Notes under the pieces: model-generated
Seen by the model: only the letters and a program-made list of their open reading frames with translations
What the model was told of the DNA's origin: nothing
The model's database searches: none
Assembly: GCA_964035545.1 (NCBI GenBank)
Contig: OZ037765.1
Span: forward strand, 29,697,504 to 29,761,503
From: Bugula neritina
Taxonomy: Eukaryota; Animalia; Bryozoa
DNA length: 64,000 nucleotides
Direction: 5' to 3'
Program-made: the position numbers and the translations under genes
Part shown: in pieces, positions 1 through 11,599 of the stretch
Numbering within the stretch: the stretch's first letter is position 1
Layout: each line of letters begins with the position of its first letter

Positions 1-1434
1 TGGAGATGAAGAGCTATACAAAAATCAAGCATTTCTATAAGCAGCAACTACACCCTCCACATAACATAAGATGGGCACTATGCTGAGTCACAATGAGAAG
101 AGTAAGAGAACTTACAAGGAGTGGAAGACGTACTAGATGTTGCTGTCTGCACTTGTATAACTGAAGATCCAGTGCTGCTACCTGGAAGTGGGATGCTCTA
201 AAATAAAGTTATTGCAACACATTATTATAGTAGACATCTGTACAGCATATGAGGGAATTACAAGAAGAGAAATATTTTCATTACCTGAGGTTGAGAGAAG
301 CCAGAAACTACAGGAATGGTGGTTGGTCCCAGAGGTTGGACAGCTTCGAGAGAAGTAAAGTCCGTTTTATTATCGAAATTATTGGCATCCACAAGGATGG
401 CATTACTTATTGGTTTCACCCCAGTATCACCTGATTCATCAGTTGAGGAAGCAGGTACAAGCATGTAGCCCGCAGATGTTTGTACAAGTTGCGAACCAAC
501 TGCAGAAATTTCACCGCTACCACTTGATTTTAAATTTTTTTGTACTGCTGATCGAGTCTGTTTTGATGGTTTCAACTGAACTTGGCTATCTGCCAGAGCT
601 GCCGCAATAATACCTTCTGCCTGTTGAGTAGAAGCAGACGAAGGTTGAAGAAGAGAGCCTGTGTTAATTGGAATCGGAACAGTTCCGATCTGTATAGTCT
701 GATAAATTGTCTGACCATTGGCAGTAGACACGGGCATTTGTATAAATGAAGGTACTTGCTGAACTGTTTGTCCATTTGATTGGATAATAATAGGGTTTCC
801 TGTTGGAAGAGAGGGAATTGGTATAGTATTTTGGGCAGAAATCTGCAAAGGTTTTGTTGACTGGCCTGCTAATTGAAGCACAGTACCAGTACTACTAACA
901 TCAGTACTCGGGCCAGATCTAGTAAGAGCTTGGCCAGCAAGCTGCAATACAGTAGGGTTGTTGGTAGATTCTGTTGCAGTTTGTGCAGGTATGAACAGAG
1001 CTTCATGGCCACCAATGTTTATGGTTTGCATCTGAGGTAACAATGTAACATTTGGTATAATAGACATGGTGTTTCCTTCCTGGTTTATGGTAATTGTGTT
1101 GTTGTGATTAACTGAATTGGAGCTAATAGAATTAGTGTTAACGGTCATTTCTGCAGACAGTGCATTAGTTGAGGAGGTTGTGGCAGGTGAGCCTTGCGTC
1201 ATGCTTGTTGATGCATCAATTTTAGCCACTTCAGGTACAATTACTGACTGCTTAGGAACACCACCAATACGACTGCATGTTTGAGCAAGCATTGCTAATG
1301 GGGAAGGTGTTATGTCCTGTTGGGGAAAAAAGAAAGCAAGACACACATCAATTATGTTAGGGTTTCATTATTGGCAAAATGTAAGCACTTGACAACTCTA
1401 AAACTCTAAAAACAGATTTACAATACTGCTAGTA

Positions 1435-1469
<35 letters not shown>

Positions 1470-1924
1470 ACTATTACTACTATTCCTAGTCCTACTAGGA
1501 CTATTTTTGGCCTTGTTATTATTATTTGATCTTTCACCTTTGCAGAGACAATCAATCATTAATTTTAAATGAAGTTGCAACAATTATAAATATATATTAT
1601 ATCAATATGTCACTTATAACTTAATTACTTATAAATATAAGTTATAACTTATAAGAGTAAGATTTAAGAGTAACACTAAAAGTAAGTAAAACTAACACCA
1701 AGTCTAAGTCTAAGAGCAACTGTAAGTGTAACTGTAACACTAAGATTTAGATTATAATATAAACATTAACAATAATTATAACGATTCAGATTCAGATTGA
1801 GATTTAGTTTTCGAGTGTAAATTCGAGCTGTTTAATTTCTGGACTGAACATAGCTAAAAATTACCTGTTGAGACACTGGTGTCTCTGTAACATAGCCTGG
1901 CATGGAGGAATTTTCTGTAGACAT
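1..1924 (-). CDS. Sp-family (Sp1-4 type) zinc-finger transcription factor, N-terminal part; gene continues beyond the window start
   Basis: Exons (minus): 1924-1865 (MSTENSSMPGYVTETPVSQQ), 1316-285, 197-116, 13-<1, all with GT-AG junctions. Exon 2 starts with an Sp box (SPLAMLAQTCSRIG, cf. SPLALLAATCSKIG) followed by long Q/S/T-rich activation regions. The Btd box and zinc fingers are not in the window. Confidence 0.85.
1420..1830. repeat. Promoter-proximal 6-bp periodic AGT/ACT tract (Sp intron 1)
   Basis: For example agtcta agtcta agagca actgta agtgta actgta acacta agattt agatta, plus a (CTA/CTG)n run at ~1425-1490. Confidence 0.7.
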
Positions 1925-2194
1925 AACTTAGTGCCTGCTTCGTTTAAAAAGTGTTTCCAGTTTCAACTCGAAATTCACTCATGTTTCACCCTCAAAGCCA
2001 GCCCACTTTCTTCCTGACTAAGCGCATACAATATTAGACCGCATTGAAATCAAGTAATTATTTTTTTTAGGTTCTGAACAAAAAAAATTTTAAAAGCATT
2101 TTATTTAAAAATTTATAATTTTTCAAATAAATTAAATCTAAAAAGTTGCAATAAACTTGTATTAATTATTTATTTCTTGCAAAAGTAACAAAAA

Positions 2195-2400
2195 AAGTGA
2201 GCGTAACAATATATAGTTACGGTGGGCTGGGATGCTAGTTATACAAAAGGCGTAACATAGTTATTAAAATTATATGGTTCTTTGTGTGTTGATCTGGGCG
2301 TATTCCTTATACATGGGTGTGTTTAAGGCGGATCTTTTTAAAGCGAAACCTGGGTAAATAAGAATTATGTGAACCCCAATGGCATGGGGTAGGCCGTTAT
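2195..2400. promoter_or_regulatory. GC/GT-box cluster in the Sp-gene promoter (probably bidirectional)
   Basis: GGTGGGCTGGG (2221), GGGCGTAAC (~2248), GGGCGTATT (~2296), GGGTGTGTT (~2314), AGGCGGATC (~2327) and CCAAT (~2376) are clustered in otherwise very AT-rich DNA, next to an A/T-only stretch at ~2060-2200. Confidence 0.5.
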
Positions 2401-2429
2401 AAATATTACTGGTGAAGAACTGAGATTTG

Positions 2430-2860
2430 CCAGTGGTGAGTGCGGCTGACAGTCACACTCACAGTGAGTGGTACTGGACACGATGACGATCATGATAGTA
2501 ATACATGCCAGGCTTACTCTCAGTCACTCAGTGTCTAAGTCTTGTCGTGATTTATTAATACTATACTCATACTGTCTATAGTAAAGTAATACTAATACAG
2601 TAAATGAGTAATAGTATTACTATAAGTATAACTATTAGTAATAGTATTACTGTTACTGTTAGTATTAGTAAAACTAACTGACTAACAGTGATTGACTGAT
2701 AGTGATAGTGATACTGATACTGATTCTCGTCCTGATCCATTTTCAAGACCCCCAGAGCTGAGAGCTTAGAGACAAATACTCATACCGAGATACTCAAAGT
2801 CATAGAGGAGAGGTGGAATCTGGTATCTTTTAGTCTCAGTCTGTGAGTATGAATTTTTAT
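2430..2860. repeat. Promoter-proximal 6-bp periodic AGT/ACT tract (divergent side of the Sp promoter; resumes at ~3585-3720 after a MITE)
   Basis: agtaat agtatt actata agtata actatt agtaat agtatt actgtt actgtt agtatt; actgat agtgat agtgat actgat actgat. Confidence 0.7.
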
Positions 2861-2934
2861 GTTATGAGACAATAACCTTAAAATTAAATTTAAACGTTAA
2901 ATCATAAAATTAAATAAATCTTGATAAAATTAAA

Positions 2935-3569
2935 TGGGTCATTTTGATTTTACTTAATTTAGTACACACTTGGAATCTCCAGTTTTTAGCTATTTTTTTA
3001 CAATTTAGCTGCTAATAAACATGGGTTTTTGCTTAAAACTAGTAAAATATGTGTTGTGTTTCAAACAGGTGTATTGATCATAAAATAATTTACAATGAAA
3101 ACAGTAGAAGTGTTACCACCTTATATATTAACCTGCACAGAAAAGCTGATATAGCTGTATATAAATAAACAAAATAAGCGCTGAAGCTAACATGAAAAAG
3201 CCATTACATCTTTTAGATTTATGCAATGTCATGCTATAACAATATGAATGAACACACCTTAATAATCAAGGTTCTTCTTAATTTTGCTTGATTTCCCATG
3301 TTTTTCCTAATTATTCAGCTACTTTTGATTTCGGAAAGTTGTGGTTTTTTCATAACACTCTGCAATCAAAAGTTGCTGAATAATTGGCCTGATAATTAGG
3401 AAAAACATGGGAAATCAAGCGAAATTAAGAAGAACCTTGATTAATAAGGTGTGTTCATTCATATTTTACTAGTTTTGGGCAAAAACCCATGTACATTGGT
3501 AGCTAAATTGTAGAAAATAGCTAAAAGCTGGACATTTTCAGTGTGTACTAAATTAAGTAAAATGACCCA
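2935..3569. mobile_element. Palindromic (foldback) MITE
   Basis: 2935-3051 is the imperfect reverse complement of ~3460-3569 (TGGGTCATTTT...AAAATGACCCA), and ~3241-3335 pairs with ~3364-3465. About 190 bp of extra sequence in the left arm is bounded by AATATG. Confidence 0.75.
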
Positions 3570-5840
3570 AATAATAACTTTTAATAAGTAGTTTAGTATA
3601 ACTCAATTACTATTAAGTGTTGAGTATTGACACTATTGACTATTGTTTTAGTCTATTACAGTATTATTATTAGTATTAGGGTTAGTATTAGACAAATGAC
3701 AATTAGTACTACCAATTTGAATTTATATTACTGTAATTATCAGAAAAAGCAAGTCATTAAATTAAAATGAATAATCATTATATTCATTGTTTCACGAATT
3801 TCAAAGTACTGTTAGTGGTAATGTATTTGATAATGATACTGATAGTCATAAAAAAGTTTAAACTAGCAGATTTTTGCCTAAAGTTAATGTGCCTGAAATA
3901 TACCAATCAAATCAACAGATAGAAAAATAAATTCAATTTTTGGTTAACAGGATCAAATCAGTTTTTATAGAGCACTTCCATCGTCACAATAGAGTATTCA
4001 ATCCGACAAGTTTGCTAGAACTGCTACTGTTATACTTGAAATGTTGTTGAATGCCCATTATCATCGTGACAACAAGCTATTAATGATATAAGTCCTGAAA
4101 GTTAATCTATGTTGAAATATGCATCTTCAGTAGAAAGTAAGAAGCAAAGAAATAGTACAATATGAACGCCTCAAAAAGGAGAGTTTTAATTGCAAGGGTT
4201 TAAGTAAAAAAGGGTAGAACGAAACAAAAACAAAAAAAAGTTATATATTGTGTTCTTTGTGCTAATTTGATTAAATATTGGCAAACTGTAACTATCACAA
4301 TTACAATCAAGAAGTAAACTTTCCTCTAACTAGCATAGAAGTATATTATAGGTAATAAAATGACAATATTGTGAAAATTATAACCTTATTTAACTTCGTC
4401 TATATGTTTTGTTTTAGAAATTCTTAGAAGTTGGAGGCTTAACATCCAACTTTTAGATCACTTTACAAATGCAAACATGATAGGAAAAGCAAATCAGCAA
4501 ACTAGAAAACTAGCAAAGACACAATACTGGGTAGATGTCAAAAAGAGTAGGCCCTATTTGAAAAGGATTTTCGAGGCTATGAAGAAAAATTAAAATATTG
4601 GACTACAAAGCAATTCAACTAGAAAGGCATTTAACTTTCAGCTAAATCAGAATCGAAGTATGGCAATGCACTGACACATATTGTAGAACAGTTAAAGAGG
4701 TTCTAAGTGGCAATTGTTGAATGCACATATATCATTAATGCTTAATTTATGTATTTAGTGTAGATATTATAGTTCTCTCTTTGTCAATTTAATTTTTCAA
4801 TATTTTATACCCTGCAAGCGCAATCACTATTGTTATCAAAATCTGAAGGTCTTGATGATTTACTCAAACGAATACAAATTCAGAAAATAGCTAGTATCAA
4901 ATAAACTAGTTTTGTTGTTCAACTCCCAACTTTGCAGAAATGTACCAAAAGTCCCAGACAGGTGGAAATTTACTGATTCTAACCAGTAGAACCGTGATAC
5001 AAATTCACTATTAGTTTTCCTTGCTATGCTCTATGTTTACATGCACATTTATGTGATGCACCAACAATGCATACCTATGTGTATACTTAATGTGTACCAA
5101 ACTGCTTCAAGATTGGGCGTATGGGAAGTAGGTTAGATATTACTCTGTAAGGTGTGAAACTGCCACTTTCAAGTGGCTGAGTCAACTATTCTAATATTCA
5201 AACATATATAAGTGTATATCTACAGGACAGTTTCCACCTCTCACCGTCTGATTTGTACATGGTAAACCATGTGTCAGACAAAACTATATCAAGTCTGAGT
5301 CATTCTATAATGCCACTCACAGTCAATATTTTCAGGCAACATATTTTGCTATAAACTACTTGTATTTAATGAACAATTTCGTTATAAGCCAAATTTCTAC
5401 AGGTAACAGTTTGATGTTGGTATGTGTAGATTTTCTTGTTTCAACAATAGAGTAAAGCCTGCTTAACTGATAATTGTATTTTTATTAAACTTTACAGAGC
5501 AAGATTAAATAAACCAGGTCAGAAGTTATATATCTCGCACATAAATTTTCTATTTATACCAAATATAAAAAACAAGTTAGTACCAGTAGGATGTTTTACA
5601 GCATTTCTAAAATTATCATTGTGTATATTTTATGTCAATCATTCTATCTACAACAAACTATACACTCGCATGCATTTATACACACATCATGCAACTGTAA
5701 CAAACTTTAGCAATTACATTGAGTCTATATCAAAAATGAAGTAAAAAAATAGAAAAGTATATAATTTGCATTTAATAAATAGATACCAATGGTTAAAATT
5801 TACACTGCACAAATAGCCTCTATATTTCGAAATAACTGCA

Positions 5841-7244
5841 TTATTTTACAAACTTCTTGGCTTTTTCGGCAGCATGGTTAGCTTTCTGTATATGCGTATG
5901 GGCTTTGTCTGACTTTTTCAACTTGAAGTTCTCAAAATAACCTTCATTCCTAGGCACACCATGACTCCCATCTGGAAATGTCACCAACCCTGCCAAAGTA
6001 CGGTGAGATATGTGGTACCAGCAGTAAATAAAACTCTGATAGTTTTTAAGGAAAGTTGCATATAATATTTTCACATGTTTCAGTTGTAGATGTAAATTAG
6101 AAGATATAAGGCAACCCTTACCATAACCTTCAGGCTTGCCATCTCGAAATTGCCCTTGAAACATCATGTTGTCCTGTCGTACATATACACCGTATCCATT
6201 AAACTTTCCTCGAACAAACTCTCCAGAATAGCTAATGAACAATTCAAATCACAAAACGTTAAATGGCAACATCTGAACATAAAATTGTGTTATGCAACAG
6301 ATCAACTTTATTATCACCACGTGAGCCACACAAAGCAATGGACATCATATAATATATACGCAAAATATAATAAAGAAAAGTACACTCTATTTTTGCCGGG
6401 TTTTATTAGAGAGTTGTGTTCTCATCCTCATGCAATTGCTAGAAGCAAGCTCATAAAAATTTAATAGCTTGGCAGTATCTATAACGTTCAAACTATTCAA
6501 TTAAATTATCTGTCCAAAATATAAATATTTATGTAGCAGCAATTTTGTAAAAAAATTCTTTATAATAAATTTTAGAAAATAAAATTGTTAAGAATGATTA
6601 TTTTTTGAATAACTATACCAATAATAAGTGCTAGATATGTACATGCAATTAATTTGAAGTGTGTTTCATATGTGCCAACAAAGGCATAATGGATAAAATC
6701 TATAGCCAAAATATCAACAAAGTATGCAGCATAGCTTTTAAAAATTCCCATGTAACAAACTTAGTTGACCTAAACTATAATTTGTTGAGGTATATTGTAC
6801 CAGACAGTCTGTTAAAATGACACTGAGGCAAAAACAGTTCCAGCAGAATATTCTAGGCTTTTTAACTAAGCAAAGCAAGTGGCGTTAAAAAATTCTTTCT
6901 GCTGCAGTAACACTACATTCATTTAGTCTACTATACACACATAAAATTAATCAAAACGCCTGCATTCATGTAATTATCATCACCCAAACAACTACCAAGA
7001 AAACACTGAAAGGTAGTGCAGTTTATGCTAGCAACATGACAGAATAGAATAGTACAAACCTTGAGCCATCTGGAAACACCATAACACCATGACCAGAAGA
7101 GAAGCCACGGCTAAACTCTCCTTCATACTTGGACCCATCTTGAAATGTTAGAGCGCCTATACCATGTTTCTCTCCATCCAGGCTCCATTGCCCTTCATAG
7201 GCAGCACCACACATGTAGTTTGCTGGCGCAGCTGCTTGTGTCAT
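5841..7244 (-). CDS. MORN4: MORN repeat-containing protein 4 (retinophilin-like)
   Basis: Exons 7244-7060, 6231-6122, 5989-5841 with GT-AG junctions. Four MORN repeats (YEGQWSLDGEKHGIG, YEGEFSRGFSSGHG, YSGEFVRGKFNGYG, FQGQFRDGKPEGYG) and the MORN4-typical GLVTFPDGSHGVPRNEGYFE. The ATG lies right after an acceptor, so a non-coding first exon lies upstream. Confidence 0.92.
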
Positions 7245-7974
7245 CTAGCACAACATTATACTTTCATATGTGCATAAATGGGTATTAATATTATAATTTA
7301 GACACTTATTATGTACAAATTAGAAGCCGGTATTCAGTGGATAACTTCCCAAAAATTATTTAGAAAAATCATAATTTTCAAAACGTTAAAATATTTTAAT
7401 GTTTACTTAAACAATTTCACCTTTGATGTGCTTCATTTATATAAAGACAGAAAGCTTTTATACTAAAGGTGAATAAAATTATTGAAAACAAGCTTTATAC
7501 AAACAAACAAAATTATTATATCAAATTATTCTCATGAATAAAAGGTGTTTGTGCATCACGTTACAATTACAGATAGCAACATTTACAAACTAAAAACACA
7601 TAATAAAACTTAATATTTTACTTGCTATCCTACAAACCCAACATATTTTCTAATGCTAAAAGAATAAGCAGTAGCTAATTTTGGCAAAACTCTTACAAAG
7701 TATTATTCTAGGTATAACACAACAGAGCTTGTATGTGATTTTGTGTATTTTATCAGGTAAAATTCACTTGTTACTATTGACTAAAATATCAATAGCTACG
7801 TCTCAATTTAAATAGCCAACTATACTATAATTAATATTTTTACAAAAACCTAGTTTATGTAAAATTCTGGTTTAAATCATTGTGATCATTCAGTACGGAT
7901 ACCATTTCTACGTTGCTGTGTTATTGCGATTAAAGTGTAAGCCTAAGGTTAAAGCCTGTAGCTATTGGTTACCA

Positions 7975-8275
7975 CCTATCACTATCAGACGTCAGTATAA
8001 CTATAAGTATTAGTATAAGTATCAATATCAGTATCACTATGACATTAAGTGTTGTACTATTATTATTAGAAAATAAGAATGAGTATCAAGGTGAGTGCAC
8101 GTGTAGCTGTACGAGTATGAAACTTAAATGGAATCAAATGAGAATGTACTTGTAGAAAATCAGAACAAATATAATAATAACAACAACTAATAACTACAAC
8201 TACAAGTAATAAGTATAAGTATACTAATAGTAGTACTAATACTAATAGTAATACGGATAGTGATACCGAGATAAA
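7975..8275. repeat. Promoter-proximal 6-bp periodic AGT/ACT tract (MORN4 side)
   Basis: agtata actata agtatt agtata agtatc aatatc agtatc actatg; actaat actaat agtaat acggat agtgat. Confidence 0.7.
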
Positions 8276-8479
8276 TTTGAATTTCCCAGATGCAAACCAA
8301 TACAATAAATATAATAAAAAATGAATAATAAAATGAAAGGAATTGTATTTGTAATGCTGGTATAGTTTATTAATTTAAAAATAATTATATTTTTATGTGA
8401 ATACTAATTTTATACGTTTCTCATTTATTATATTTATTGCGGCAATAATATTAAGAATTAGAAATGTATAAAGTTTAGA

Positions 8480-8780
8480 GTTTACAGTTTAGACAAGCCT
8501 GTAATTTCCTCAACGGAATAGGCGTGCAATGAACTTAATGTTATACAGCGTTGTGAAACCATAAATTCTTAATGCACAACCGTTTTTTTTTGTTGAAAAA
8601 TATTTATCAGAAGTGATTTTAAAACTACGGGTTTTATTTTTTTTGAAACCTGTGCTAATATACTTTTACACTGCCTTTTGTATTGCCGTGTAATAATTGT
8701 TAAAAAGTAAACTAGCGAGCGCTCTTAATTCACACATAAATAGTTAACTACCACGCCCCATTTTATTGATTTAGTGTCAA
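8480..8780. promoter_or_regulatory. Putative bidirectional promoter between MORN4 and the folate-receptor-like gene
   Basis: The two genes are head-to-head. There is local CpG enrichment, an Sp/KLF consensus site CCACGCCCC at 8751-8759 and AGGCGTG at ~8520, and hexamer-periodic tracts on both sides. Confidence 0.55.
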
Positions 8781-8789
8781 GGATGCTTT

Positions 8790-9375
8790 AGTACTATTTA
8801 GTATTACAGATACTGATCCAAAGTTTCTCAAGGCTCAAGCTATCACACAGTAAGAGTAGTTGAAACAATATAAACAGCATGATTTGATTGAAAACTGCTG
8901 AAGTCACTGGAATTTTGGATAATTTTACTTTTTAATAAGCTAATGTTAAGGAGCATTGGAATTAAAAACTCTGACAGTGACAGCTTAATAAAATAAGTAG
9001 TAGTTCTAGTTCTAGTGCTGGTGATAGTCATACTCATACTCATAGACCGTAGTGATACTAATAACTAATAAGTAAGCTTTAAACCAAGAGTAAGACTAAC
9101 TATAGGATCTTGCAATTGCATATAAGTGTTAGTATAACTTATGAGTTATGTTAGTCATTATCACTACGAGTATCAGTATGAGACAGCAATTAATAATAAT
9201 ATTATCATTATGAGTAGCATTAGTCATTACTATTAGTATCAGAAACAAGTGAGTGCCACGGTCAGTATAATAATACTGACAAGTACCAGTAACTGTAAAA
9301 CTAAATGACTCAATCAGTTCACGATTGACAGTAACAATAGCAATAACTCATAGTCATCATTGTTATCACAAATGC
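8790..9375. repeat. Promoter-proximal 6-bp periodic AGT/ACT tract (folate-receptor-like gene side)
   Basis: agttct agttct agtgct ggtgat agtcat actcat actcat; agtgtt agtata acttat; agtcat tatcac tacgag tatcag tatgag. Confidence 0.7.
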
Positions 9376-9933
9376 CCAGAAAATAACTGTAGGACCACAG
9401 TCAAAAGCAAATTAATTGTATTTGTTATTAGCTAGTAATAAATACATACCAATGGGAATATAACTATAAATATGCTATAATAAAAATTAGAATCATATAA
9501 AATTAATCACTTGTCTGTATGATTGTAATTGCTCCTTTAAATCAGCAGCAGTGCAAGTATTGGTAACCAATTTGACTAGATTCATACTGCACAAGAGTCA
9601 GTAAATTAGCAGACTAAAGTGAAGGTATAAACCATAGGACTAAACTGGATCTACTTTTATTACAGGGTTGGATTGTTAACATATCACTCTCAATGTTTAT
9701 TATGCTCACTACATATAATCCTATTTCACCACTACTGTTATCTAATAGTAGTTAAAGAGATATGTAAGAGTAAATTTCTCCATTATAGACTCCAATGTGT
9801 AATAATTTAAAGGTGTTCACTGCAGATTTTTTAACTTGTTTATAGATAACAAGACAATTGGGGCAACATTGTTTTATATTTGTATATATTTTGCAGAACC
9901 TCATTTGGCCACCAACCTTTGTCTCAGATAAAG

Positions 9934-10512
9934 ATGGAAATAAGTACAAAATGCTTGATTCTGAAAGTTATGGTAGTTCTGGTGTTTCACTCATCATATT
10001 TTACTGTGTTGGTAAACTGTGAGGAAGCTTACTGTCCTTTTTACAACAACAGAGGGACCTCACCACAACCATTTTTGAAGAACTGTACTTGGTATAAGGA
10101 GAATGCTTGCTGTCAGCAAATACAGATAGACTATGGATTTGCTAGTGTTAAACCGCCACAAGGAGCCTCAAAGGAGTGTCTGGATCAGCTAAACTTTCTT
10201 ATGTGCTATATCTGTGACCCAGCACAATACAAATTTTACCGAAATGAGTATTTAACTGTTTGCACTGAATTTTGCAACAACTTGTATGATGCTTGTAAAG
10301 ATGCTATTCTAAAAGGCTCGGTGATTTCTAATTTGTATGAAAGTGGAACTAAGTTTTGTGAAAGTAGAAGATTTAAAGTTAAGCAGCTCGATGAATCTGG
10401 AGATTGTTTTTATTACAATGGGCCAATAGAAAATTCAGCACATTCTTTTACTAGTCATTTGTCACTGACATTTTCATTGGCTGGTTCCTTATTTGTAAAA
10501 TCAATATTGTGA
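9934..10512 (+). CDS. Folate receptor / riboflavin-binding protein family, secreted or GPI-anchored (192 aa, single coding exon)
   Basis: ATG at 9934 follows an acceptor at ~9896. N-terminal signal peptide; Folate_rec-type Cys pattern (CTWYKENACC...CLDQLNFLMCYICDP...VCTEFCNNLYDACKD...FCE...CF); small residues (NSA) followed by a hydrophobic C-terminal tail consistent with a GPI signal. Confidence 0.85.
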   Translation: MEISTKCLILKVMVVLVFHSSYFTVLVNCEEAYCPFYNNRGTSPQPFLKNCTWYKENACCQQIQIDYGFASVKPPQGASKECLDQLNFLMCYICDPAQYKFYRNEYLTVCTEFCNNLYDACKDAILKGSVISNLYESGTKFCESRRFKVKQLDESGDCFYYNGPIENSAHSFTSHLSLTFSLAGSLFVKSIL

Positions 10513-11599
10513 TACGATATGTGTGCATTATAAAGCATTAAGTAAATATGCAGCTTTAGAATATAACCCACTTAAAACCTTATTTCTCCAGATGACAGTC
10601 AGCTGTATTGCAGTTTGCATGTCAGCCAATTATTTTTGTTCCATAGAGTAGGCCCTCTGTTATTTTCCCTTTATCAGCAGCTTTAAAGTTGGTTCTATAT
10701 ATTTTATAAACTCTCTACTTACAGTATATTCATTTCCTCTTTGTGATATAATTGTTATAATAATTTATTTTATATTCCTTTAAATTCTAATCTAGATACA
10801 TTTTAGAAGAATCTCTACAAAAGTGTTATTTTGTGCATATGAAATATATTTGGTGTACTATAAAAATGGTATAATCTATTTGTTTTGTCCTATCTTCTGC
10901 AACTAACGTAACTTCAACCACTTTAAGCTATGATTTTATTTTATTCATGAAGTTGCAGCAGGTCGTGTTGGTATTAATTACTGCAATAATAATGTGTATA
11001 ATGCAAAAATCTCTTGCACATGAGCCTTTACATATTTATTAAATATAAGCTCATTTTGTGATAATTTATTTCAATTTCTTTAGGAAAAAGTATAACTATT
11101 CTTCGTAATAAAAATATTCATTGTGTTAAAAAAGCACTATTGATATTTGATGTAGGTAGTCTTAATAAAGGAAATATAACTCCTAATGAAATAAGTATAA
11201 CTGACAATAGCTCAAAAAAGCTGCACTGCATACTAATTTATAACTACAGTATTAACAGAAAAGCTACTTGTAGCATCATTAATTGATAACGTGCACATTG
11301 TACATAGAAAATAATATGTTTTATAAAAAACAGTAATACTAGCTACAGGAAAATAAAGAAATTAATGAGAATGAAACAAATATGGGCAAATTTAAGTTAG
11401 AATACACACATCTACAATAATAATTATTTGTTCTAATGTTATGCAAAACTTTTTCCTTGCCTTACACCTGCAAAGCTTTTTGCAGACATGACATCGGCAA
11501 GCGTTATTTTGGTGAGGTGTAGTTTCATGTAGCAGTGTAGCTGGAAATGCAATAAAATGAGCATTAAAAAGGATTGAAAAAAGTGCTCAAAAAATTGGC

